Positions 1 to 9,612 of a DNA stretch of 64,000 nucleotides are shown piece after piece. The position numbers and the translations under genes are program-made. Position 1 is the stretch's first letter. Every line of letters begins with the position of its first letter. Location: NCBI GenBank assembly GCA_963667255.1, contig OY762940.1:1175702-1239701 (forward strand), read 5' to 3'. The notes under the pieces were generated by a model. That model was not told the origin of the DNA, did not search any database, and was given only the letters and a program-made list of their open reading frames with translations. The stretch comes from Candidatus Cloacimonadota bacterium. GTDB taxonomy: Bacteria > Cloacimonadota > Cloacimonadia > G963667145.

Positions 1-351
1 CGGAACTTTGATGAGTTTAGCCCCTTTGCTGATGACAACATCGATAGTGCGAAATCTTTTTACCAAAGAGCTGTCTTTTGGATTTTGTTCGATAACACAC
101 CCTTCAGGATAGGCACTGCTATACTCTCTTTTCAAATCTTGTATGTAGAGTTTGTTATCTTTGCAGATGTCAGTAGCTCGTGAGTAGGTGAGCCCTACCA
201 ATTGCGGAACTCTAACCTCTTTCCCGTGATCGACCACCAACTTCATAACGATATCGGTGGAGAATAAGCCCAAGAAGAAGAGGACAATAACAATGCCGGC
301 TACAAGGAAAGCGGCAACAATTTTTTTAATAAGTTTCTTTCTATTTTCCAC
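1..351 (-). CDS. PASTA domain-containing membrane protein (N-terminal part; gene continues beyond window start)
   Basis: Minus-strand frame from GTG at 351-349 (AGGAAA about 9 nt upstream, in-frame TAG stop just upstream). It encodes VENRKKLIKKIVAAFLVAGIVIVLFFLGLF (TM helix) followed by a PASTA-like motif VPQLVGLTYSRATDICKDNKLYIQDLKREYSSAYPEGCVIEQNP. The frame is open to position 1. Not in the ORF track because it is partial. Confidence 0.55.
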   Translation of the reverse strand, partial: MENRKKLIKKIVAAFLVAGIVIVLFFLGLFSTDIVMKLVVDHGKEVRVPQLVGLTYSRATDICKDNKLYIQDLKREYSSAYPEGCVIEQNPKDSSLVKRFRTIDVVISKGAKLIKVP

Positions 352-371
352 AGCACAAATTTCCTATTTTT

Positions 372-2582
372 TTATGATCTTTTTACTCTTTTTTCAATAT
401 GCCTTATCGCACCCATTTTTTCCAGCTCTTGCGTAGCATTATTAAGGGCTTGAGGAGTATCGCCTATCACAAACAAAGAGATTTCCAAATCGTGATCTTT
501 ACGCAACTTGCTGCTCGTCTTTTCCACTATTAAATCAAATTTCGCCATAACAGAAAGAATGTCGATTAAAATATTGTTTTTATTCTTACAAACTATCCTG
601 AGCCGGCTTTTTTGACCCTTTTTGTTTTTCTGTCCTCCGGAATAATCCCACTCAACGGCAATAAACCTTTCGGGAGATTGCTCTTTCATCAATAAAAAAT
701 TTGGTTCGTGGCAATCTTTGCGATGAATAATTATCCCTCTACCTTTGGTCACAAAGCCGATAATCTCTTCGTCCGGCACAGGCGAACAACATCCGGCATA
801 TCTTATCATCAGATTTTTTTGCCCGTCCACCATCACGCCACTTACGACTTCTACTTTTACTTCCTTCTTCTTATCAGCTAATTTTTTGGTATTTTCCGGA
901 ATATTTGCTGTCAGTTTTTCGAGAACTTGTTGGAAAATAATGTTACCTTGTCCTAATCCTGCGTAAAAATCTTGAGCGTTGGAGATATGAAATTTTTTGG
1001 CTAAATCGACAATCTCTTGTTCAGAATTGAATTTTAGATGATATTTTCGGCATTTTTTTATAAAAATCTCTTTCCCCAGTTCTATAGCATCTTCCAGCCG
1101 TCTTTTCTTGATGTAGGAGCGGATTTTGGAGCGAGCTTTTGAGGTTTTGACAAACCTCAGCCAGTTTTCGCTTATATTGATTTTGTTGGAGGTTTCCACT
1201 TCGACTTTGTCGCCAGTATCCAATTCTGTTTTCAGAGGCTTGATGACACCGTTGATTTTCCCGCTGACACAGCAAGAGCCGACTTGCGAGTGGATGGCGA
1301 ACGCAAAATCCAAAATGGAAGAGCCTTGAGGGAGCTCGACTAAGTCTCCCTGTGGAGTCATCACGATGATAATTTCGGGATACAAATCCATTTGCAGGTT
1401 GTCCAAAAAGTCCTCACTCTCCAACTCAATATTGTTCATCAAAAATTGTCGAACAAACCCTATTTGCGATTCAAAATCTTGGTTCACTCCATGAGAAGCC
1501 AATTTTCCCAAATTTTTATTGGAATAGTTCATATTTTCTTTGTATCTCCAGTGAGCGGCAACGCCTTCTTCAGCGAATTTGTCCATTGTGTGAGTGCGGA
1601 TTTGGACTTCCAATTTCTTATTCTCGGGACCAATCACAACAGTGTGCAGAGATTGATAGCCGTTGGGTTTTGGACTCGCTATGTAGTCTTTGACTTTGTT
1701 TAGTGGTTTGTAAACCGCATGTAAGGCACCGAAAGCGTAGTAGCATTCTTCTTGAGTGTTGACTAATATTCTTATGGCGTTCAAGTCCAAAATTTCTTCG
1801 TAAGGCACGCCTCTGACATTGTGTTTCCTAAAAATGCTGTAAAAATGTTTGCTTCTGGCGAGAACTTTTGCCTCTATTTTGTATTTGGTTAATTGATTTT
1901 TTATTTGGGCACAGACAACATCGTTCAGAAATTTGTCTCTTTGCTCTTTTTTCAGTTGCACCAAGCTGGCAATTCTTTTGTAAGCTTTGGGATGCAAAAT
2001 TTTTAAGCAACGGTCTTCCAATTCGTTTTTTATGGAGGACAAACCAAATCTATTTGCCAAAGGGGCATAAATAGATAGAGTGGACTGGGCAATTTTTTTT
2101 TGCTTGGACTCGGACAAGTATTTGATGGTTCTGATATTGTGGAGTCTGTCCGCCAATTTTATCAAGATAACTCTGATGTCTTTCGTGATGGAAATCAATA
2201 GTTTACGGAAATTTTCGGCTTGTTTTTCCATTTGAGAAGAATCTTTGAAATGGAAATCGGAGATTTTGGTTACGCCTTCCACCAAGTTGGCAACTCTTTC
2301 GCCGAAAATTTCTTTAACATCAGAAAAGTCGTATTTGGTGTCTTCGATAACATCGTGCAATATGCCAGCGATAAGCACCGAGGTATCCATATTGAGTTCG
2401 GCGAGGATATAGGCTGTGTTCAGGGGATGAATTATATAGTCATCTCCCGAGCTCCTTTTTTGTCCTTCATGGGCTTTAGTGGCGAAATCAACAGCCTTTT
2501 TTAGCAAATCTAAATCTACTTTTGCAGATAGCTTTTCTAAATTCACCCAAAAATTTTCGGGTGTTATTTCGATATACTTCAT
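372..2582 (-). CDS. rel: bifunctional (p)ppGpp synthetase/hydrolase RelA/SpoT family
   Basis: 736 aa. HD hydrolase motif (HDVIEDT), RelA/SpoT synthetase region, TGS and C-terminal ACT-like domains. Length and domain order are typical of Rel/SpoT. Confidence 0.9.
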   Translation of the reverse strand: MKYIEITPENFWVNLEKLSAKVDLDLLKKAVDFATKAHEGQKRSSGDDYIIHPLNTAYILAELNMDTSVLIAGILHDVIEDTKYDFSDVKEIFGERVANLVEGVTKISDFHFKDSSQMEKQAENFRKLLISITKDIRVILIKLADRLHNIRTIKYLSESKQKKIAQSTLSIYAPLANRFGLSSIKNELEDRCLKILHPKAYKRIASLVQLKKEQRDKFLNDVVCAQIKNQLTKYKIEAKVLARSKHFYSIFRKHNVRGVPYEEILDLNAIRILVNTQEECYYAFGALHAVYKPLNKVKDYIASPKPNGYQSLHTVVIGPENKKLEVQIRTHTMDKFAEEGVAAHWRYKENMNYSNKNLGKLASHGVNQDFESQIGFVRQFLMNNIELESEDFLDNLQMDLYPEIIIVMTPQGDLVELPQGSSILDFAFAIHSQVGSCCVSGKINGVIKPLKTELDTGDKVEVETSNKINISENWLRFVKTSKARSKIRSYIKKRRLEDAIELGKEIFIKKCRKYHLKFNSEQEIVDLAKKFHISNAQDFYAGLGQGNIIFQQVLEKLTANIPENTKKLADKKKEVKVEVVSGVMVDGQKNLMIRYAGCCSPVPDEEIIGFVTKGRGIIIHRKDCHEPNFLLMKEQSPERFIAVEWDYSGGQKNKKGQKSRLRIVCKNKNNILIDILSVMAKFDLIVEKTSSKLRKDHDLEISLFVIGDTPQALNNATQELEKMGAIRHIEKRVKRS

Positions 2583-3665
2583 CTAACTGATTTTTGATTT
2601 CAAGAGGTTTGAAAAAATCTTGATTAGCAGTCTGTAATTCATCAGCATATTGGTGTAAGCGACATTTGCCAACGGGCAGAAACAATTGATATCTTTTATC
2701 TCTTTTCTGATTTTATCGGCTTTTCCCGAAAACCAAATGTCCGAAAATTTTTCTTTTGTTACATTTCCGATATTTTGTGCTTTCATACAGCAAAACCAAA
2801 CATCGCCGTTGGGAGCAAGTTGCATAGAGGCAATCCCCGCATAGCAATCGTAAACTTTCGTCTCATCCGCCAAGATTTTTTTTACCATTTCGTAGTAGAG
2901 CAATCTGAAACATTGGGTGATTTTGTTAAATCCGTGATAGGTGTCGGTTTTGATTTTGTGGATGAGCAAATCGACAGCCGAGGCGTAATTCCATGGGGCA
3001 GGGGAGATTTGGCTAGTTAGCGTGTCCAGTTCGACTCTATTTTCGGCTATTTCCGTTAGATATGCGTCAGGTTGCATATCCATAAGAGTTTGGCTCACGA
3101 ATGCAAAATTTTGCGAATTAAATCGGGAGATGACTGTGTGAATGCCCACATTCAAATTTTTGCAGGTGTTTTTAACCTCTTTCAAACCTTGGAAAGTGAG
3201 CAAAGCTTTGTTGTAAGCACCGTTTACACCTCTGATGATGTCGTCTTGTTTGCCGATTTCATCTATGGACAAATTTATGTTTATTTGGGTTTTTTTGCAA
3301 TACTGACAGATTTGTTTGGTAAGTGGAGCGATTTTTTCGTGTAGCAATCCATTTGTAGGGATGTTGATGATTGCCGGCTTGGAGATGTCGTATATTATTT
3401 TGATTATCTCAAACAACTCTTTTCGCAAAAAAGGCTCGCCACCCGATAGAGTTATCCAATAAGGAGATTTACCGACTTGCTTGAAAAATCGTTTATACTC
3501 TTCCAAACTCAACTCTTTCGATTTTTTGTAGTAAATCCCGCAAGTTTTACATCGTGAGTTGCATTTGTAGCTTAGGCTGATGGTGTAGTTGATGGGTAAA
3601 ATCCTCGGCCAGCCGAATTTTCGTTGCAGTTTATAAATAAAAGTTTTGAGCAAAACGATTAACAT
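2583..3665 (-). CDS. radical SAM protein with C-terminal SPASM/twitch-like Cys cluster
   Basis: CNSRCKTC (Cx3Cx2C) near the N-terminus. C-terminal Cys-rich segment (CYAGIASMQLAPNGDVWFCCM ... CFCP). Abuts relA with no gap. Confidence 0.75.
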   Translation of the reverse strand: MLIVLLKTFIYKLQRKFGWPRILPINYTISLSYKCNSRCKTCGIYYKKSKELSLEEYKRFFKQVGKSPYWITLSGGEPFLRKELFEIIKIIYDISKPAIINIPTNGLLHEKIAPLTKQICQYCKKTQININLSIDEIGKQDDIIRGVNGAYNKALLTFQGLKEVKNTCKNLNVGIHTVISRFNSQNFAFVSQTLMDMQPDAYLTEIAENRVELDTLTSQISPAPWNYASAVDLLIHKIKTDTYHGFNKITQCFRLLYYEMVKKILADETKVYDCYAGIASMQLAPNGDVWFCCMKAQNIGNVTKEKFSDIWFSGKADKIRKEIKDINCFCPLANVAYTNMLMNYRLLIKIFSNLLKSKIS

Positions 3666-3676
3666 TGAAATATCCT

Positions 3677-4594
3677 CTATTTAGTTTTTAGGTTTTTGGT
3701 TGATTTAGCTATCTCCCAGATTGTTGGGTTTTGCTTGGTGAGAGTGAATTTGATTTTTGCTACCATTCGGTAATAAATTTCCAATAAGATAGTTAGGCAA
3801 ATCTTGTGAAACGACAGCGGGTGTTTTATTAATTGCTTGAGAAAGAGCTTGATGAGCAGTAAGCTATTCCCCGATGCGACTTGGTATTCCCAATATTTTG
3901 CGAGCCATTGATGCCCGATGGCAATCCTGACTCTTTGGATTTTGTAATCGTGAAAATTTTCCGGTCCCTTGTTGTGGATAATGGCTTCGGGCAGATAAAT
4001 TTTCATCAAACCTTTCTCTTTGATTTTTTGCTCGATGGACGCTTCATCGACTGCACTTTCCGTGGGAATAGAATCGAATAAGTGTCTGAAAGCAATCATT
4101 TCTCCCAGTTTTGGGGAAACAAGAGCCATCTCGTGATGCATCTCCCACAGCGTGTGCACACAAAATCCAATCAAAGATTTGCGACTGTTAATCGGCACAG
4201 GACGACCGCCACTTGCTCCGATTTTTTCGTTTTCAAATGCGGAAATCAATATCTCCACAACATTGTCCTCGGGGATGACATCGGCGGAACTAATCAGGCA
4301 ATTGTCGGCAGTGGCTTTTTGCAAAAAGAGGTTGATTGCGGAAGATTTCCCTTCTCTCTCTTTTTGCTTGATGAGAGAAACGATGGGGAATTGCTCTATG
4401 AGTTTTTCCACGATATCGTCAGTATTGTCGTGGCAAGCTGAAGAAACAACAATGATTTCTTTGATTTGCACTTTGTCCAATTTCTGATTTAGAAAAGCAA
4501 AGATAAGGTTTTCGATGTTAGCCTCTTCGTTGTAGGCGATTATCCCGATGCTGACTTCCAAAAGATTTTTATTCATAAAAAATTCCTGCACCAA
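3677..4594 (-). CDS. family 2 glycosyltransferase
   Basis: N-terminal VSIGIIAYNEEANI motif and a DxD-like region typical of GT-A/GT2 enzymes. 305 aa. Confidence 0.7.
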   Translation of the reverse strand: MVQEFFMNKNLLEVSIGIIAYNEEANIENLIFAFLNQKLDKVQIKEIIVVSSACHDNTDDIVEKLIEQFPIVSLIKQKEREGKSSAINLFLQKATADNCLISSADVIPEDNVVEILISAFENEKIGASGGRPVPINSRKSLIGFCVHTLWEMHHEMALVSPKLGEMIAFRHLFDSIPTESAVDEASIEQKIKEKGLMKIYLPEAIIHNKGPENFHDYKIQRVRIAIGHQWLAKYWEYQVASGNSLLLIKLFLKQLIKHPLSFHKICLTILLEIYYRMVAKIKFTLTKQNPTIWEIAKSTKNLKTK

Positions 4595-5381
4595 TTGTCT
4601 TCGCTTCTGCTTTCATAAAAATAGTGTTGTTGAGAATGGAAATATTCAACTCTCCGCCTTCCGCATGGACGGTCATTTCGGAGTTTGTCAGGTTGAGGGA
4701 ATTGGCAATAAAAGCACTGGCACAGCATCCTGTGCCGCAAGCCAAAGTGTGCCCGGCACCGCGTTCCCAAGTGAAAACACTGATATTCTTTTTGTCTGAA
4801 ATTTCGACAAAATTCACATTAATTCCCTCGGGGAAAAGTTCCAACTTCTCGATAGTGCTACCGTATTTTTCCACTAACTCTTTTCCGTTTGGAGCGAAGA
4901 TGACACCTTGCGGAACGCCGACTTGAGCAAGATAGAGATTGAATTTATTGTCCAAAATGGGATAGTTCCAAATATTCTTCCAAGGAGAATAAGTTTCTCT
5001 CAAAAGCGGGACTCCCATCTCAATTTTTACTTGAGAGGATATCTCGTTTTTATCGCCAAAGAGTTCGATTTTTTTTTGTCCGTCGTCAGTCAAAACGGTA
5101 AAAATATTTTCTGTTACCAAGCCTTGGTCGTAGATAAATTTGCCGAAGCACCTGAGTCCATTGCCGCACATAGCTGCGTATGAGCCGTCAGTGTTTAGAT
5201 AGTCCATCTTGAGTTGGCTTTGCTCGGTTTTGCGTAATAGAATAAGTCCGTCGCCTCCTATTCCGAAACGACGGTCACATATTTTTTTGGCTAATAGGCT
5301 GGGATTTGTTATCTTTTTTTCTAAATCCTCGATAACAACGAAGTCGTTGCCAAGCCCAACCATTTTGGTAAAATTTATCAC
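4569..5381 (-). CDS. dapF: diaminopimelate epimerase
   Basis: 270 aa. GNDF motif at the N-terminus (VGLGNDFVVIED). Two catalytic Cys contexts (AMCGNGLRCF, LACGTGCCAS) are characteristic of DapF. Confidence 0.85.
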   Translation of the reverse strand: MINFTKMVGLGNDFVVIEDLEKKITNPSLLAKKICDRRFGIGGDGLILLRKTEQSQLKMDYLNTDGSYAAMCGNGLRCFGKFIYDQGLVTENIFTVLTDDGQKKIELFGDKNEISSQVKIEMGVPLLRETYSPWKNIWNYPILDNKFNLYLAQVGVPQGVIFAPNGKELVEKYGSTIEKLELFPEGINVNFVEISDKKNISVFTWERGAGHTLACGTGCCASAFIANSLNLTNSEMTVHAEGGELNISILNNTIFMKAEAKTIGAGIFYE

Positions 5382-5439
5382 TTTCCCTCGCTAAAAATTA
5401 TGTGCAAGGAATTGTGCTTGTCGATATTGTCAAATATTT

Positions 5440-5700
5440 TAGGTTGGGATTGTTCAGAGTTTAGCACTTCGACTTGCTGTGCAGTCGTTTGAGCCTCTGT
5501 TCCACCTCATTCCCGCGAAGGCGGGAACCCAGTTGGGGGAGCGGACAGGGACATACTTACCGAAAATAAGCAGTTCCTTGGTGGCGTGGTGGTAAAACTC
5601 TGAACGCTAATCTGACCACTAAAATAAAGCTAATCTTTGAGACTGCATTTTAGTGGTCAGGTCCAGTCGGGTCAGGGCAGGGAAATTATCCATTGTAACT
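5440..5700. ncRNA. candidate structured non-coding RNA or leader of unknown class (strand undetermined)
   Basis: GC-rich island in an AT-rich intergenic region between divergent dapF and a small ORF/thrC. Perfect 14-bp hairpin: ctgaccactaaaat...attttagtggtcag around 5612-5660. 7-bp GNRA-like hairpin: ttcccgc-gaag-gcgggaa at 5507-5524. A GGTCAGGTCC stretch is present. No class assignment is possible by eye. Confidence 0.3.
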
Positions 5701-5787
5701 GTCATTTTCCAATTGCATTTATGCTGTTTTCATTTGACAGAGTTGTAAACAAAAAAAACTCTCCTACAATAAAAAGAGGTTAACGAT

Positions 5788-6060
5788 ATGAAAAAGAAAC
5801 TTGTTCTACTGGGAGTTTTGCTCATCGGAGTGCTTGTGGTTTTCGCTATCTTGGACGATAGGATTAAGATTTCAGTTCTCTCTGTTTTGTTCGTTTTTGT
5901 TTTGTATTACATCAATAAAAATCGTAAATCGTGGTTTGACACAGATGTCTCTAAAATCAAGAAAATCAAGAACAAGCTGAAGTTGGAAGCTGCGTTTTAC
6001 CTAAATATAATTTTTTCGATAGCCTACATTGTGGGTTTGAGTGCCATTTTGACAAGATAG
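5788..6060 (+). CDS. small hypothetical membrane protein (two predicted TM helices)
   Basis: 90 aa. Hydrophobic N- and C-terminal segments. RBS-like GAGG upstream (aaaagaggttaacgatATG). Immediately precedes thrC. Confidence 0.4.
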   Translation: MKKKLVLLGVLLIGVLVVFAILDDRIKISVLSVLFVFVLYYINKNRKSWFDTDVSKIKKIKNKLKLEAAFYLNIIFSIAYIVGLSAILTR

Positions 6061-6072
6061 GAGAGTTTTTAG

Positions 6073-7287
6073 ATGTTTAAATTGAAGTGTGTGAATTGCG
6101 GTCGTGAGTTTGCCAAAGGCGAGGTTGAGTATCTTTGCCCGACATGCGAGGCATCCAATGTCGAGGGACAACCGACTAAGGGGATTTTGAAGGTCATTTA
6201 CGATTACTCCAAGATTGACAAAAATTTTGAGAAATTGAAGAAGAACAGTTTTCTTGATTTGCTCCCGATAGATTCAGCCGATAGTTTCCCCAATTTGCGA
6301 GTTGGCAAGACGCCGATGTATAAATACAATAACTTGCCCAAGTATGGCGATTTGGATTTTAATCTGTTCATCAAGGACGAGGGCGTAAATCCGACTTTTT
6401 CTTTCAAAGATAGGGCTTCCTACATCGTTAGTGCTTATGCCAAGGAGAACGGGAAAGAGGTGATTGTTGCTGCTTCGACAGGTAATGCAGGTTCATCTTT
6501 AGCTGGGATTTGTGCGAGCCAAGGTCAAAAAGCCGTGATAATGGTGCCTACTGCTGCACCTATCGCCAAGCTCACTCAAGTGATGATGTATGGGGCGAAA
6601 CTCGTGCCGGTTGATGGGATTTACGATGATGCTTTCGCTTTGTCTATCGCTGCCAGCAAGAAATTCGGTTGGTATAATCGCAATACCGCTTACAATCCGC
6701 ACACAGTTGAGGGCAAGAAGACGGTCTCTTTTGAAATTTATGACCAAATCAGAGCCGTTGACTTGGTTTTCGTCTCTGCCGGAGACGGTTGTATTGCCGG
6801 TGGAGTTTTCAAAGGTTTTGAGGACTTGCTCAAGGTTGGCATTATCAAGAAAGTCCCCAAGATTGTGGTGGTGCAGTCGGAGAAAAGTGCCAACATCTAC
6901 AACAACTACAAAACTGACGCTTTCACATGCGTTAGTGCTACGACTTTGGCGGATTCTATCTCCGTGGATGTTCCTGCCAACTATTATATGATGAAGCAGT
7001 TTTTGAGCGACTACGACAGCGATTGCATTACAGTGAGTGATGAAAAGATTTTGGAAGCCAGTCTCACCTTGAGCCAAAATACGGGAATATTCTCCGAGCC
7101 TGCCGCTGCGTGTGCTTTTGCGGGAATGTTGAAATATTCTCAAGAGGGTAATATTCCGAGTGGAAGCAACGCTTGTGTTCTTCTCACGGGAAGCGGTTTG
7201 AAAGATTTGGCGTCCGTTCGCGAGATTGTGAAAATGCCGAAAGCTATATCACCCAACGAGAAGTCGTTGGATAACATCTCTTTATAA
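6073..7287 (+). CDS. thrC: threonine synthase
   Basis: 404 aa. N-terminal zinc-ribbon (CVNCGREF...CPTC). PLP-lysine motif FSFKDRA. Fold-type II PLP enzyme architecture. Confidence 0.85.
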   Translation: MFKLKCVNCGREFAKGEVEYLCPTCEASNVEGQPTKGILKVIYDYSKIDKNFEKLKKNSFLDLLPIDSADSFPNLRVGKTPMYKYNNLPKYGDLDFNLFIKDEGVNPTFSFKDRASYIVSAYAKENGKEVIVAASTGNAGSSLAGICASQGQKAVIMVPTAAPIAKLTQVMMYGAKLVPVDGIYDDAFALSIAASKKFGWYNRNTAYNPHTVEGKKTVSFEIYDQIRAVDLVFVSAGDGCIAGGVFKGFEDLLKVGIIKKVPKIVVVQSEKSANIYNNYKTDAFTCVSATTLADSISVDVPANYYMMKQFLSDYDSDCITVSDEKILEASLTLSQNTGIFSEPAAACAFAGMLKYSQEGNIPSGSNACVLLTGSGLKDLASVREIVKMPKAISPNEKSLDNISL

Positions 7288-7306
7288 TTTTGCAAAATTT
7301 ATATTT

Positions 7307-8080
7307 ATGTCAAAAAAAATAAAACGCAAGAAAGGGTTTTTGCAGGAATGGATTGAAGCCATTTTGTTTGCTTTGGTCGTTGCGATGATTATTCGCAATT
7401 ACACATTCCAAAACTTCAAGATTCCTTCCGGCTCGATGGAAAAAAGTCTTTTGGTCGGGGATTATCTTATTGCGAATAAATTGAAGTTTTATTTTGATGA
7501 ACCCAAAAGATTTGATATCGTCACTTTTCGCAATCCTGCACAAGCTGATGAGCCCGGCTTGCCATGCACACAGAACGAGTTTAGGGACACCAGACGAGAC
7601 TATCTCAAAATTTATCCGCCTTTGTATTGGGACAAAAAAGATTGGTTCTATTTCGGGATTGACAAGATAACTTTTTTGGGGATTTGCTACTACGCTCGGG
7701 CGAATTTGGTGAAGAGAGTGATAGGGATGTCGGGCGACACTGTGGAGATAAAAGACAGGGTTACTTACATCAATGGGCAAGAGATTGCCGAGCCATTTGT
7801 GAACAATATTTTATCCCAAATTTTGCCTCGCTACACTGGAATTGACCAGCTGGATATTTTTTGGGGAGATGAGTTTATGGGGTCGATTGATAATTTTGGA
7901 CCGGTCGTCGTTCCTGACGGGAAATATTTTGTGATGGGAGACAATCGGCAAAACAGTTTTGACAGTAGATTTTGGGGATTTTTGGATAGAGACGACATCA
8001 ACGGAACACCTTATTTGATTTTGTTTTCCGTTGGCGAAAATGGTCTGAGAAGCGGAAGATTTTTCAAAAGAATAAGATAG
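7307..8080 (+). CDS. lepB: signal peptidase I
   Basis: N-terminal TM. Catalytic Ser motif GSMEKSL. Box E GDNRQNSFDSRFWG. Confidence 0.85.
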   Translation: MSKKIKRKKGFLQEWIEAILFALVVAMIIRNYTFQNFKIPSGSMEKSLLVGDYLIANKLKFYFDEPKRFDIVTFRNPAQADEPGLPCTQNEFRDTRRDYLKIYPPLYWDKKDWFYFGIDKITFLGICYYARANLVKRVIGMSGDTVEIKDRVTYINGQEIAEPFVNNILSQILPRYTGIDQLDIFWGDEFMGSIDNFGPVVVPDGKYFVMGDNRQNSFDSRFWGFLDRDDINGTPYLILFSVGENGLRSGRFFKRIR

Positions 8081-8097
8081 TTTTAAGGAGATAAGTA

Positions 8098-9597
8098 GTG
8101 GCAAAGACAGCAATAAATCCAACGAGAGAGCAAAATTATCCGCTGTGGTATCAAGAGGTGATAAAGGCTGCTGATATGGCGGAGAGCAGTTCTGTTAGGG
8201 GTTGCATGGTTATCAAGCCTTGGGGATATGCTATTTGGGAAAATATTCGCAAAGCCTTGGACAAAGAGTTCAAGCGAACTGGTCACAAAAATGCGTATTT
8301 CCCGTTATTTATTCCCAAAAGCTATTTGGAAAAAGAGGCTGAACATGTGGAAGGCTTTGCCAAAGAGTGTGCTGTGGTTACTCACTCTCGATTGGAGAAA
8401 GTCGAAGGTCAAGAAGGTTTGGTTCCCGCAGGTAAGCTGACTCAAGAGTTGGTGGTGCGACCGACATCCGAGACGATAATCGGCGAGTCTTTTTCCAAAT
8501 GGGTAAACTCTTACAAAGATTTGCCTTTGCTCATCAATCAATGGGCTAATGTTGTCAGATGGGAGTTGAGACCGAGGCTGTTTTTGCGAACTGCCGAATT
8601 TTTGTGGCAAGAGGGTCACACCGTTCATTCCACCGCTGACGAGGCTGTCCAAGAGACCTTAATGATTTTGGATATTTACGCCGATTTTTGCAAAGAGATA
8701 TTGGCGATGCCTGTGCTAAAGGGCAAAAAGACGGAATCGGAGAAATTCCCCGGAGCTGCGGATACATATTGTGTGGAAGCGATGATGCAGGACAAAAAGG
8801 CTTTGCAAGCCGGAACGAGCCACTTTTTGGGACAAAATTTTGCCAAATCTTCCGAAATAAAATTTCAGAATAAAGACGGAGAGATGGAATACGCTTGGAC
8901 GACTTCTTGGGGAGTTTCCACGCGTCTGATAGGCGGGCTTATTATGGCTCATTCCGATGATGACGGACTGATATTACCACCGAGAGTCGCTCCAGCACAG
9001 ATAGTTTTGTTGCCCATTTACAAAAATCCTGAGGACGCAAAAAAAGTGCTGAGCTACTTGGAAGAGTTGAAGAAAGATTTGGAAAATATTTCGTATCACG
9101 GCGAAAATTTGGTTGTGATTTTGGATGATAGCGACGCTACCTCTTCCGCTCGCAGTTGGGATTGGATAAAAAAAGGTGTTCCTGTCAGAGTTGAGGTTGG
9201 TTTGCGAGACTTGGAAAAGGACTCTTTGTTTGTTGGCAGGAGAGATAAGGCTCACAAGGGCAAAGAGAGCATTTTGCGGGAGGATTTTTTGTCGCAAATA
9301 GTTTCCACTTTGGACAGTATTCATCACAATATTTACAACAAAGCAAAATCTTTCCTTGATGACAACATAAAGAAAATTGATACAAAAGATGAGTTTTACG
9401 AGATTTTCAAGAGCAAGAACAAGCAACTCTTTGCTTTGTCTCATTGGTGTGGTTGTGCGGAGTGCGAAGAGGCTGTCAAGCAGGATTTAAAAGCGACAAT
9501 TAGGTGCATTCCTTTTTCTTCTGAGAGCGAAGAGGGCAAATGTATTTATTGCGGGAAGCCCAGTAAAAAAAGGGTTATTTTCGCTAAATCTTATTAA
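8098..9597 (+). CDS. proS: proline--tRNA ligase (archaeal/eukaryotic-type short form with C-terminal zinc-binding domain)
   Basis: 499 aa class II aaRS core. C-terminal Cys cluster (CGCAECEE...CIYCGKPS). Confidence 0.85.
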   Translation: MAKTAINPTREQNYPLWYQEVIKAADMAESSSVRGCMVIKPWGYAIWENIRKALDKEFKRTGHKNAYFPLFIPKSYLEKEAEHVEGFAKECAVVTHSRLEKVEGQEGLVPAGKLTQELVVRPTSETIIGESFSKWVNSYKDLPLLINQWANVVRWELRPRLFLRTAEFLWQEGHTVHSTADEAVQETLMILDIYADFCKEILAMPVLKGKKTESEKFPGAADTYCVEAMMQDKKALQAGTSHFLGQNFAKSSEIKFQNKDGEMEYAWTTSWGVSTRLIGGLIMAHSDDDGLILPPRVAPAQIVLLPIYKNPEDAKKVLSYLEELKKDLENISYHGENLVVILDDSDATSSARSWDWIKKGVPVRVEVGLRDLEKDSLFVGRRDKAHKGKESILREDFLSQIVSTLDSIHHNIYNKAKSFLDDNIKKIDTKDEFYEIFKSKNKQLFALSHWCGCAECEEAVKQDLKATIRCIPFSSESEEGKCIYCGKPSKKRVIFAKSY

Positions 9598-9612
9598 AAT
9601 TTTGGAAATTGA

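Noticed and set aside
745-2504. Multiple 60-110 aa ORFs on the plus strand inside the relA/spoT gene (745..966, 1126..1329, 1392..1703, 1868..2074, 2220..2504), and similar antisense or overlapping short ORFs throughout the track.
   Set aside because: They overlap long, well-supported genes on the opposite strand. They lack RBS and recognisable motifs and have low-complexity composition. Treated as frame noise in AT-rich DNA.
5440-5700. Tried to assign the structured intergenic segment to tmRNA, RNase P RNA, SRP RNA, a tRNA or a lysine/glycine riboswitch.
   Set aside because: No T-loop (GGTTCGA) or tmRNA tag frame was visible. No RNase P P4 (GGAAAGUCCGG) was seen. Only a partial GGTCAGGTCC resemblance to SRP domain IV exists, and the long perfect hairpin is unlike SRP helix 8. 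Riboswitch consensus boxes were not recognisable. Left as unclassified.
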